64,000 bases of DNA, from contig JBPCLP010000021.1 in NCBI GenBank assembly GCA_051003195.1, positions 1-64,000 on the forward strand. The letters are read 5' to 3'. The position numbers were made by a program, and so were the translations under genes. The first letter of the stretch is position 1. Every line of letters starts with the position of its first letter. Source of the DNA: Candidatus Sumerlaeaceae bacterium. GTDB taxonomy: Bacteria > Sumerlaeota > Sumerlaeia > Sumerlaeales > Sumerlaeaceae. The notes under the pieces were generated by a model. The model saw only the letters and a program-made list of their open reading frames with translations. It was not told the DNA's origin and did not search any database. This document shows, piece by piece, positions 46,455-55,882 of this stretch.

Positions 46455-47341
46455 TAGTACCCAATCTCCACGCGCAGGTCCGGATAGATCTGTGCACGGC
46501 TGCGCTCGGCGCGCCAGCATTGCAGGTTCACCGCCACCGGGTTGCAGGTGATGTGCGTCCAGGCGCTTTCAATGTTCACTGCCAGTGCCGTAGTCTTCCC
46601 GCTCAACCCCTGTGGGCCCAGCCCAATCTCATTGATCGCATTGTACAGCTCTTCCTCAAGCGCCGCAATTTCGGGGTCGGGATTACGCGAGCCAATCGGT
46701 CGCGTGGTCGCCTTCTTTGCAAGCGCCATGCAGAGGTCGGACGAGCCACCGATCCCCACTCCGACAATGGTCGGCGGACATGGCTTCGCGCCGGCACCCA
46801 CCACCTGCTCGATCACGAATCGCTTGATCCCCTTTACGCCTTCCGCGGGCACAAGCATCTTCAGCGACGTCATGTTTTCCGAGCCCGATCCCTTCGGGAT
46901 AAACAGGATGTCCAGCACATCGCTTTCCGGAACAAAATCGTACTTGATCACCGGAATACGCTCCCCGGTACTCGTCTGACGATTCTCGCGTTTAATCGGT
47001 GATACGATGCTCGACCGCAGGGGATGTTCCGTCGTGGCGCGCTCGGTGCCACGCGTGATCGCCTGCGTGATCCGGCTGCCGTCCACCCGCAGATTTCCGC
47101 CGATCTCCACCCAGTAAATTGGGATACCCGTATCCTGGCAGACCATCATATCTTTCGTCTGACCCAGCTCGACGCTGTGCAGGTACAGCTTCAGGATGTT
47201 GCGCGCGTTGTCACTGGTTTCGCGCTCCAGGGCCTCATTCAGCGCCTGGATGACGTCGGGAGGAATCTTCTTCAGTGCGCGGATATAAAGCTCGCGGCAC
47301 GTCTCCTCGATTAGCGCGTAATATTTATCGTCCAGTTCCAT
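46454..47341 (-). CDS. Class I fumarate hydratase/tartrate dehydratase family alpha subunit
   Basis: Motifs CQDTG, PKGSGSEN, PCPP, GLGPQGLSG and PVAVNLQCW (three Fe-S Cys). Confidence 0.9.
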   Translation of the reverse strand: MELDDKYYALIEETCRELYIRALKKIPPDVIQALNEALERETSDNARNILKLYLHSVELGQTKDMMVCQDTGIPIYWVEIGGNLRVDGSRITQAITRGTERATTEHPLRSSIVSPIKRENRQTSTGERIPVIKYDFVPESDVLDILFIPKGSGSENMTSLKMLVPAEGVKGIKRFVIEQVVGAGAKPCPPTIVGVGIGGSSDLCMALAKKATTRPIGSRNPDPEIAALEEELYNAINEIGLGPQGLSGKTTALAVNIESAWTHITCNPVAVNLQCWRAERSRAQIYPDLRVEIGY

Positions 47342-47596
47342 CAGGGCACATAGTCTCCAGCCGTGCGAGAAACAATGGCCCGGCGGGGGTGAGTCAACCC
47401 TCCGATACAGGAAAAAAGAATCTACATGCGCGGTCGACGTCTACGCCTTGTGCTTCTCTTAAGTCTTCCAGGCGCACCCAATCAAATACTTGCCCCCATG
47501 AAATCGCAATCCAATACCAAACACGCAGGGTCCACCATGGTACAACTGCATAACTAACGACGCCACAAACCCGATTCAGACACTGCCCGGAAGCCA

Positions 47597-48826
47597 ATGA
47601 GCAACGCCTCCCTTAAAAACCTGCGCATCGACCGCCCTGCGGACACCGGCTCGCGTACGGGACTGTGGATTGTGCTGGTGGCAATCCTGCTGGCGGCCGG
47701 CGGCACCGCGGCGTGGATGCTGGCACGGCCGCAAGCGCTAGCGGTCCGCACCGCGCTGGTTCGTGACGCCGGCGGTGGTTCGGGGTCAGGCAGCAAGACG
47801 GAGCGAATGGTGCTGAACGCCTCGGGCTACGTAACCGCCCGGCGTGAGGCCACCGTCTCCTCCAAAATCACGGGGAAGGTTATGTCCGTCCACATCGAAG
47901 AAGGGATGAAGGTTAAGGATGGGCAGATCGTTGCACGGCTCGACGACACCAACGTAACGGTCAGCCTTCGCCTCGCGATGGCCCAGATGGAGGCCACCAA
48001 AGCCGGAATGGACGAGACGCGCGTTCGGCTGAGGGAAGCCGAGAAGGAATTGCAGCGCCAGGAATGGCTGGCGACCAAGAAGGTCGCTTCGCAGTCGGAA
48101 ACTGACAAGGCAGTGGCAACCGCAGAGTCACTGAAAGCCAAACTCCAGCAGCAGCAGGCGGAAGTTACGGTGGCAGAGCGCACCATCGAAAGCTGGAAAC
48201 AGCAACAGGAGGATACGATCATTCGTGCGCCGTTTGGGGGGATCGTAACTTCGAAGAATGCGCAACCTGGCGAAATGATTTCCCCCATGTCCGCGGGTGG
48301 CGGATTCACCCGTACGGGTATCTGCACCATCGTCGACATGGACTCGCTGGAGATTGAGATCGACGTAAACGAAAGCTACATTAACCGCGTCGTTACAGGT
48401 CAGGCAGTCGAGGCAACGTTGGATGCATACCCCGAGTGGAGAATCCCTTGTAAGGTGATCGCGATCATTCCGACCGCAGACCGGCAGAAATCGACGGTAA
48501 AGGTTCGTGTGGGGTTCGAAAAACTGGATCCACGCGTTCTACCCGAAATGAGCGTGAAGGTGGGATTCCGTGAGACGGCCGCTCCTGCCCCGGAGGCAAG
48601 TACCCGGTCAGTTCTGGTGCCGAAAGCGGCATTGTCCCAGGATGGCGACCATGACATCGTATATGTGATCCGAAACGGCCGCGCCGAGCGGCGTGCCGTC
48701 ACCGTCGCCAGTGCAACCTCCGAAGAAGCCACGGTCTCCGCCGGTGTAGCAGCCGGCGAGCGAGTCGCTGTCGAAAAGGCGCCAGGACTCATCGATGGCG
48801 CACGCGTGAAAGAAGTTGCCCCGTAG
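47597..48826 (+). CDS. Efflux periplasmic adaptor subunit (MacA/HlyD-like)
   Basis: TM anchor, lipoyl-like halves, coiled coil and IRAPFGG. Confidence 0.88.
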   Translation: MSNASLKNLRIDRPADTGSRTGLWIVLVAILLAAGGTAAWMLARPQALAVRTALVRDAGGGSGSGSKTERMVLNASGYVTARREATVSSKITGKVMSVHIEEGMKVKDGQIVARLDDTNVTVSLRLAMAQMEATKAGMDETRVRLREAEKELQRQEWLATKKVASQSETDKAVATAESLKAKLQQQQAEVTVAERTIESWKQQQEDTIIRAPFGGIVTSKNAQPGEMISPMSAGGGFTRTGICTIVDMDSLEIEIDVNESYINRVVTGQAVEATLDAYPEWRIPCKVIAIIPTADRQKSTVKVRVGFEKLDPRVLPEMSVKVGFRETAAPAPEASTRSVLVPKAALSQDGDHDIVYVIRNGRAERRAVTVASATSEEATVSAGVAAGERVAVEKAPGLIDGARVKEVAP

Positions 48827-48892
48827 TTTTGCAGGCAGAAATCATGCAGCCGAACAGTGTGTGCAGTTCTTCATACAGGCGGTGAGAAAACA

Positions 48893-49594
48893 GTGTCTAC
48901 CGAGGCGAATGGCACACTCGTAGAAGTTGAGGGAGTTGAAAAAATTTTTCGGCGCGGAACGGAAGACATCCACGTTCTGCAGGACCTGCATCTGTCCGTC
49001 CCGACAGGCGAGTTCCTGGCGCTGATGGGCCCCTCGGGCTCCGGCAAGAGCACGCTGCTCAATCTCATCGGTGGACTCGACCGCCCAACCAGAGGAACCG
49101 TCACCGTGGCCGGTGAGCGGCTGGACCAGCTCTCCGATTCGCGGCTTGCGAACTGGCGCGCACGCCACGTTGGTTTCGTCTTTCAACTGTACAACCTGCT
49201 CCCCGTGCTGAGCGCGGAGCGAAACGTCGAGCTGCCGCTCCTTCTCACGCACCTCTCGAAATCCGAGCGTAAAAAACACGTGCAGACCGCTCTCGAAGTG
49301 GTGGGACTTGGTCACCGGGCAAAGCATTATCCGCGCACCTTGTCAGGCGGCGAACAGCAACGCGTCGGCATCGCCCGCGGAATTGTGACAGACCCCACGC
49401 TGCTGCTATGCGATGAGCCCACCGGTGATCTCGACCGCAAATCGGGCGACGAGATCCTGGACCTTCTGCAGGCGCTCAATCGCGAGCATGGCAAAACCAT
49501 CATCATGGTCACGCACGATCCGCACGCCTCCGCGCGCGCTGTGCGGACTGTTCACCTGGACAAGGGGCAACTTGCCAGCGAGCCGGGGGTATGA
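48893..49594 (+). CDS. ABC transporter ATP-binding protein (MacB/LolD-like)
   Basis: Motifs [16 protein letters not shown] and CDEPTGDLD; probable GTG start at 48893. Confidence 0.9.
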   Translation: MSTEANGTLVEVEGVEKIFRRGTEDIHVLQDLHLSVPTGEFLALMGPSGSGKSTLLNLIGGLDRPTRGTVTVAGERLDQLSDSRLANWRARHVGFVFQLYNLLPVLSAERNVELPLLLTHLSKSERKKHVQTALEVVGLGHRAKHYPRTLSGGEQQRVGIARGIVTDPTLLLCDEPTGDLDRKSGDEILDLLQALNREHGKTIIMVTHDPHASARAVRTVHLDKGQLASEPGV

Positions 49595-50742
49595 AATACC
49601 TGCTGCTGACGTGGAGCAACCTGAAGCGCAAAAAGTTGCGCACCCTGCTCACCCTGTTTTCAATCGTTGTGGCTTTTATCCTCTTCGGGCTTCTGGCCGC
49701 CATTCACATGGCGCTAGTTGGCGGCGTTCAATTTGCCAGTAAGGACCGGATGATTACGCGCCACAAGATCTCAATCATCCAACTGCTTCCACAGAGCTAC
49801 AAGGCGCGAATTGAGCGCCTGCCGGGCGTGGTTTCAGCAGTGCACCAGACATGGTTTGGCGGCTACTACCAGGACCCAAAGAACTTTTTCATGCAATGTC
49901 CGGTGGTCCCAGAGGAATTCTTCGCTATGTTCCCCGAACTCATTATTACGCCCGAGCATATGAAGGCATGGCTGGCAACCCGCACGGGTGCGATTGTGGG
50001 GAAGGACAGCGCTGAGCGCTACGGATGGAAGATCGGGGATAATATACCAATTTTTTCGCCGTTGTGGAGCCACGACGGCAACTCGACATGGGAGTTCGAC
50101 ATGGTTGGGCTCTACGAGGGACGGCACAAGGGAACGGATGATACCGCGCTGTTCTTTCGCCATGACTACTTCGAAGAGGCGCGCAACTGGGGCAAGGGGC
50201 TGGTCGGGTGGTATTCGATTAAGGTGAAAGATTTAGCTAATTCGGCCCGGATTGCTGCTGCCATCGATAAGGAATTTGAAAACTCCCCCGCGGAGACGAA
50301 AACTGAGCCTGAGGGCGCTATGGCCCAGAGCTTCGTGAAGCAGATGGGCAATATCACCCTGATCATAGCAGCAATCATGGCAGCGGTCTTTTTTACCATT
50401 CTGCTGGTATCGGGCAACACCATGGCACAGGCAGTGCGCGAACGCACGGGTGAGCTGGGTGTGCTGAAGGCAATCGGCTTCACAAACCGGCAGGTGATGT
50501 CACTGGTGCTGCTGGAATCTTGTCTGCTTGCGGTGCTCGGTGGCGTCATCGGGCTTGGACTGGCGTATGCAATTACCTCCAGGGGCGATCCTACTAATGG
50601 AATGTTGCCCTTGTTTTTCCTTCCTGTGCGCGATGTGCTTATCGGCCTTGCGATAAGCCTCGGACTCGGCCTCGTCACCGGCATATTTCCGGCCATGCAG
50701 GCATTGCGCCTGCGTGTGGCGGACGCACTGAGGAGGATGTAG
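49591..50742 (+). CDS. ABC transporter permease (MacB/FtsX family)
   Basis: Motifs RTLLT and ERTGELGVLKAIGF. Confidence 0.88.
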   Translation: MKYLLLTWSNLKRKKLRTLLTLFSIVVAFILFGLLAAIHMALVGGVQFASKDRMITRHKISIIQLLPQSYKARIERLPGVVSAVHQTWFGGYYQDPKNFFMQCPVVPEEFFAMFPELIITPEHMKAWLATRTGAIVGKDSAERYGWKIGDNIPIFSPLWSHDGNSTWEFDMVGLYEGRHKGTDDTALFFRHDYFEEARNWGKGLVGWYSIKVKDLANSARIAAAIDKEFENSPAETKTEPEGAMAQSFVKQMGNITLIIAAIMAAVFFTILLVSGNTMAQAVRERTGELGVLKAIGFTNRQVMSLVLLESCLLAVLGGVIGLGLAYAITSRGDPTNGMLPLFFLPVRDVLIGLAISLGLGLVTGIFPAMQALRLRVADALRRM

Positions 50743-50911
50743 TGATCTATTCCAGAGGACATTCCGGACGATTCCATGAGGGGAGGCTGGGGCAGCACAG
50801 GTCTCGTCCCGCAAAGTTGGAGTGCGGAAGCCATGCTGACTCTTCGCTGGTAATCGTGAGTTCGTGCACTGCTCGTAAATTGTCTGCTATGCGCGTCAAC
50901 AGGTCAGCTTC

Positions 50912-52093
50912 GTGAACGCTCTTAAACAAATTGTCTCTATCACAAACTTCGGCTTGCTGAGCATTCCTCAGCGGCGGGGATCGGTTGCGGCGGCCGTCGT
51001 GGGTATTGCCGGGGTCGTCGCCGTCCTCGTCGGGGTACTCTCCATTGCCACGGGCATTCGTCGTGTGATGGACCTGTCCGGTTCACCCGACTCTGCCATC
51101 GTATTGCGCACCGGCGCAGACAGCGAAATGATGAGTGGCCTTGGCCGGGACGAGACGCGCGTTATCCTGGATGCGCCCGGCCTGGCGCGCGATACGGACG
51201 GTCCACTCGCGTCCGCCGAGTTGTTCGTGATCATCGACATTCCAAAACTATCCACCGGTACCGAAGCGAACGTGCCGCTTCGCGGCGTACAGCCAGCGGC
51301 TCCCAAAGTGCGCGAACATTTTAAAATTGTGCAGGGACGAATGTTCGAATGGGGCAAGAACGAGATAATCGTCGGTATCGGCGCACTGCGGGAATTTGCC
51401 GGGCTCGATCTCGGAAAGTCGATCCGTGTTGGTCGAAACACATGGACGGTAGTGGGGGTATTCTCCGCAAACGGTGGGAGCACGGAATCCGAGATCTGGA
51501 CCGACGCCAAGGTGCTTCAGGATGGCTACAACCGCGGTGAGAGCTATCAGTCGATGTCCGTAAAACTCGCATCCGCCAGCGCGTTCCAGCAATTCAAAGA
51601 CGCGCTCACTGCCAACCCGCAACTGCGCGTGAAAGTGCAGCGTCAATCCGAGTATTACGCGAACCAGTCGCGGATGCTAAGCTCGCTGATTACCACTTTG
51701 GGTTACCTTATTGCGGGACTTATGGCCATGGGCGCTGTCTTCGGTGCGCTTAACACGATGTATAGCTCTGTGTCCGCACGTACGCGCGAGATCGCGACAC
51801 TTCGTGCCCTGGGCTTTGGGCGCGCTCCTATTGTGGTCGCCTTCATGCTGGAATCTATATGCCTCGCGCTGATTGGCGGGGTGCTCGGCGCGGCCGTATC
51901 CTACCTTGTGTTCAATGGCTTCGAGACGGCGACCATGGCAAACTTCAGCCAGGTGACGTTCGCTTTCGCCGTGACGACTCCACTGCTCGTGCAAGGAATT
52001 CTCTGGGCCACGGTCATTGGCCTCTTCGGCGGATTTCTGCCTGCTCTTCGCGCCGCAAGACTCCCCATCGCCACTGCCCTGCGGGAAATGTAG
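50912..52093 (+). CDS. ABC transporter permease (MacB/FtsX family)
   Basis: Motifs RTREIATLRALGF and PALRAARLPI. Confidence 0.88.
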   Translation: MNALKQIVSITNFGLLSIPQRRGSVAAAVVGIAGVVAVLVGVLSIATGIRRVMDLSGSPDSAIVLRTGADSEMMSGLGRDETRVILDAPGLARDTDGPLASAELFVIIDIPKLSTGTEANVPLRGVQPAAPKVREHFKIVQGRMFEWGKNEIIVGIGALREFAGLDLGKSIRVGRNTWTVVGVFSANGGSTESEIWTDAKVLQDGYNRGESYQSMSVKLASASAFQQFKDALTANPQLRVKVQRQSEYYANQSRMLSSLITTLGYLIAGLMAMGAVFGALNTMYSSVSARTREIATLRALGFGRAPIVVAFMLESICLALIGGVLGAAVSYLVFNGFETATMANFSQVTFAFAVTTPLLVQGILWATVIGLFGGFLPALRAARLPIATALREM

Positions 52094-52208
52094 CGCTGCG
52101 TAATCGTCTGAAAGGGCAGCGGCTACACCTGGCCTAAAAGCAGTAGCGGGATGCGGTGCCTGCTTTTCGTTTGGCTAACGCTGATACGCGGGGCTGCAGA
52201 TACGTGCG

Positions 52209-54041
52209 ATGAATCGAAAGAAAACCACTGCATCCAGGCGCCATGCCGGGATGAACCCCACTGCACCGACTATGGCAACGCCCGCTTCCCTGCCGCTTTT
52301 GGTCACACATGTACTGCTCCCGGGGTTAGTGGTTTTAGCGGCGGCGTTTCTGGCGATCCACCCTATCACCGATCCGGATTTCTGGTACCATGCTGCGTTT
52401 GGGCGCGAAGCGCTCCGAGCCGGTCACCTGCCGCGGCAGGACATTTTCTCCTACACGGCACTCGGTCATTCGTGGATTTCCTCAGGCTGGCTGTCCTCCA
52501 TCACACTGCACTCTTTAACCACTGCCGCCGGGGCAGTTGGGCCAGTTCTGCTTGTGTTCGTCTGTGTCGCAGCAGCCGCACTCACGACCTATTTTGCCGC
52601 GTTGCGCACGTACGCCGCACCGGCCGCGGCCGCACTGCTGTTGCTCGGCGCACTCCTGGCGTCCTATCCACGATTCAATCCGCGGCCTGATATCCTGAGC
52701 CAGTTCCTCATCGTGCCGCTCGTGCTGCTGCTCGCGTCCACGGAACGCATGGCAAGTGCGCGTTCGGTCGGATCTTCCCGACGCCTCTGGATTTTGCCTG
52801 TCTACTTTGTTATTTGGGCGAATCTCCACGCGCTTTTCTTCCTCGGACTGGCGGTGGTCGCTCTGTATGCCGGGTGGCGTGTTCGGCTGTGGCACAAAAG
52901 CAGGGACCACGCGCACCTCCTCGCCATCGTCCCCTGCATGCTCTGTTTCGCCACGTGGCTGCTCAATCCCTATGGGTGGCGGTTGCTTCAGTTCGCATAT
53001 GACAACGCAACTTTGCCAAAGGTAGCCGAACGGGTCTACGAGTTGAAGCCGCTACTTAATGCGGAAACGCTGCGTGGTGGACTGCCGTTCCACATACTCG
53101 GCGCCATCGCGCTGTTGCTGGCGCTTGGGGGCATCGCGTACTGGAAAAATCGACAGCAGGTGCCGCCCTGGCGGGCGGGAGCACTCGCGTTGTTTGTATT
53201 TCTGCTCTTCTACCAGAGACGACAAATAGGTCTCGCGGGCGCGGCCATCCCAGCTCTGCTCGCACCGAATCTTGCGATGCTGGAATCAACTCTGCGGCGC
53301 AACCGCTGGCTGGCTCCATCAGTTGCGATCGCAGCCGCCACGCTTATCTGCGGTCTTCGATTAACGGGCGCGCTGGAAATCTCACGGGGTCTGCCTCGTG
53401 CAGGTGTCGATTGCGAGTGGTTTCCTTGTGGTGCAGCGAAATTCCTGCGCGAAAATCCCGCGCCATCGCAGCTCTTCCATGACCTTTACACCGGCGGATA
53501 CCTGCTCCACGAACTCGGTACCGGACAAAAAGTGTTTATCGACGGGCGGCTTGAAATATACAAGGACGGCCCGTGGCAGGATTACTTCGGGCCGCCCGAA
53601 AAGCGAATGACCAGCGACGAGTTGTTTTCCAAATACGGCGTCCAGACCTGCGTGCTCGACATTCGTGGCATCCGAAACAATCCGGGGCATCTGGCCAATC
53701 AGCTCGCTGGACGATCCGACTGGCTACCCGTCTATTTCGACGACCACTACTGCGCGCTGGTCCGCGAAACCTCCGCGACAAAGTCTTATGTCGAACGGCA
53801 CGGCTTCCGTTTCGTTAACCCGTTCAACTGGAACCGGCTGAATGGCGCAACCGATGACGCGTCTCGCGCGGCCGCGTTGCTCGAAGCCCAGCGCGCCGTG
53901 AAGCTGGCCCCCAACTCCGCCGCCGCTAATACGGCCATGGCTCTTATGTACTACAACCGCGGCAATCGAACCGAAGGCGACAGGTACCTGAAAACAGCAC
54001 AGGCAGTCGATCCAACAATTGAGCTCGCGCCTCAGCCATAA
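52209..54041 (+). CDS. Polytopic membrane protein (GT-C-like) with C-terminal TPR
   Basis: Motifs DPDFWYH, WANLH and VFIDGR, plus a TPR-like tail. Confidence 0.7.
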   Translation: MNRKKTTASRRHAGMNPTAPTMATPASLPLLVTHVLLPGLVVLAAAFLAIHPITDPDFWYHAAFGREALRAGHLPRQDIFSYTALGHSWISSGWLSSITLHSLTTAAGAVGPVLLVFVCVAAAALTTYFAALRTYAAPAAAALLLLGALLASYPRFNPRPDILSQFLIVPLVLLLASTERMASARSVGSSRRLWILPVYFVIWANLHALFFLGLAVVALYAGWRVRLWHKSRDHAHLLAIVPCMLCFATWLLNPYGWRLLQFAYDNATLPKVAERVYELKPLLNAETLRGGLPFHILGAIALLLALGGIAYWKNRQQVPPWRAGALALFVFLLFYQRRQIGLAGAAIPALLAPNLAMLESTLRRNRWLAPSVAIAAATLICGLRLTGALEISRGLPRAGVDCEWFPCGAAKFLRENPAPSQLFHDLYTGGYLLHELGTGQKVFIDGRLEIYKDGPWQDYFGPPEKRMTSDELFSKYGVQTCVLDIRGIRNNPGHLANQLAGRSDWLPVYFDDHYCALVRETSATKSYVERHGFRFVNPFNWNRLNGATDDASRAAALLEAQRAVKLAPNSAAANTAMALMYYNRGNRTEGDRYLKTAQAVDPTIELAPQP

Positions 54042-54069
54042 AAAAAGCCCCGCCGTTACCCGGCGGGGC
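54040..54069 (-). terminator. Intrinsic terminator
   Basis: Stem GCCCCGCCG / CGGCGGGGC (54047-54069) with an A-tract at 54040-54046, which is a U-tract for the minus-strand gene. Confidence 0.8.
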
Positions 54070-54093
54070 CTCCACATTTCCGGTAGCAGCTCG

Positions 54094-55755
54094 CTATTCG
54101 AACGTCACCTTCAGGTTGAAAGTCGCGGCCGTGTAGCCGTTCACTGAGACATACCATGTTCCCGCACTTAGCGGCTTTGGACTCGAAGTTGTCGTGACCG
54201 TGACGGACTCGTTGCTGCCGTCCAGGTACGGACGATAATCGTATGCGCTGAGCGTAGGCAGTGAATCTTTGCGGATATACAAATCACCATCGCCACTCGA
54301 GCCACTCAGCGTGCAGACCATCCTGGTGTTTGCTGATCCAACCGTCACCGTGTAATTCTTCCACGCACCTGACGCGACCGATACATTCGTCACATCGACC
54401 ACGGTAGTTGGCCCGGGTGTGGGAGTTGGTGTTGGAGTTGGCGTGGGTGTCGGAGTTGGCGTTGCGCCGGTCGTAACCGTTGCCGTCAGGTTGATCGCGC
54501 TGGCCGTCGCGCTGTAGCCGTAGACACCAATGTAATACGTGCTGCTGACCACAAGGGCCGGTGTCGATGATGCGTTCACCGTCACGCTTTCCGCCGAACC
54601 GCTTAAGTAGGGTCGAAAATCGTAAGCGCTCAGTGTCGGCGAACTGCCACGTCGTACATACAAATCGGCATCGTTCGTGCCGGTCATGTTGATCTGCAGA
54701 GCGGTACCGTTTGATGGCACGGCGATCGTGTAATACTTCCAGGTTCCCTGCGAAACGGTTGCACTGACGGTCTGCCCGCTGGTGAGCGCCGTTGGTCCGG
54801 GAGTGGGTGTTGGTGTTGGTGTTGGAGTCGGAGTTGGCGTCGGGGTTGGTGTGGGCGTGGTGCCGGAGATAATGAAATCGCGCACGACCGCCATGTGCTG
54901 CATGTTCACGGCAGCGCTGTCGCCGGAAAGCACCGGCGACACATCGCTCAGCGGAGAATAGACTCGGCTATCGAACACGAGCCCATTCGTGAAGCTCTGG
55001 CTACCAATGATCACCGCGGTTCTGATCGCGTCGAGGTCAGGGTCTGGAAGCACCCAGTCGTAAGGTTTTGCCCGCGAGGCATTCGTATTACCATTCGCAG
55101 CCTGGTCTACTGGATATGGGGACCCGGTGTTCACTACAGCCTGCAAGGTACCGAGGCAGGCTTCCGTGCGGCTTGCGGTGTTCAGGTCTCCGCCGACAAC
55201 GAGGTAATCGCTCGTCGGCACATTCGCCTGGATGAAGTTGCGCAACGACACCGCCTCGTTATTGCGGGTGGTCGCGTCACTGGTGAGCAAATGAATGCTC
55301 ACTGCCCACAAGTCTTTGGTGCCGGGCACGTCGATGCGCGCCCACACGAATGTGCGGTTGCTGACATACGGGTCCGTCCAGCTGCCGCTCGACAGGATCG
55401 GATAGCGGCTGATCACGCCGTTCGGAATCTGTGCGGCTGGTCCGCGCGCGTAGGTGAAGCCCGTGCCGAACGTGCTGGTGACCCATCCGGACAACGTGGC
55501 GGCGGAGTTGTCGCCGTAGTTGAACTCCTGGATCATGGTGATGTCGGGCTTGAGGCCCTTGAAGATCCGGGTGCCTTCTCCGGGATCGTACGACTGCAGA
55601 TTGCCGCTCGATATGTTAGCGGCGATGATACGAACACGGGTCTGCGCAGTGGCTTCGGATGCAGAAAAAGACAGAAGAGACGCCACTGCAAGTGCGGCCA
55701 GGAACCGGCCGTTACAGACACCGTTCGCGAAAAATAAACCCGGCAAACGGATCAT
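54094..55755 (-). CDS. Secreted endonuclease/exonuclease/phosphatase (EEP) protein with PT linkers and two PPC domains
   Basis: Motifs IQEFN, GGDLN and YDWV; (TP)n linkers; two DLY(V/I)R PPC domains. Confidence 0.82.
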   Translation of the reverse strand: MIRLPGLFFANGVCNGRFLAALAVASLLSFSASEATAQTRVRIIAANISSGNLQSYDPGEGTRIFKGLKPDITMIQEFNYGDNSAATLSGWVTSTFGTGFTYARGPAAQIPNGVISRYPILSSGSWTDPYVSNRTFVWARIDVPGTKDLWAVSIHLLTSDATTRNNEAVSLRNFIQANVPTSDYLVVGGDLNTASRTEACLGTLQAVVNTGSPYPVDQAANGNTNASRAKPYDWVLPDPDLDAIRTAVIIGSQSFTNGLVFDSRVYSPLSDVSPVLSGDSAAVNMQHMAVVRDFIISGTTPTPTPTPTPTPTPTPTPTPGPTALTSGQTVSATVSQGTWKYYTIAVPSNGTALQINMTGTNDADLYVRRGSSPTLSAYDFRPYLSGSAESVTVNASSTPALVVSSTYYIGVYGYSATASAINLTATVTTGATPTPTPTPTPTPTPTPGPTTVVDVTNVSVASGAWKNYTVTVGSANTRMVCTLSGSSGDGDLYIRKDSLPTLSAYDYRPYLDGSNESVTVTTTSSPKPLSAGTWYVSVNGYTAATFNLKVTFE

Positions 55756-55882
55756 GAAGAAGGCTCCAGAACTGGAATGCCTCCGCCGGCTACGCCAGCG
55801 AAAGAGAGGACTGGGCACACGGCGTATAGGAAAGGCAACCGTTAATGCATGGAATGGTCAATCAGCACCACGCACACTGGTG

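Noticed and set aside
50817..50845. Possible lone REP-like sequence between the two permease genes
   Set aside because: Single copy in the window with no clear inverted partner.
54416..54860. DNA tandem repeats of the GGxGTx type
   Set aside because: Explained by the Pro-Thr linkers of the EEP protein.
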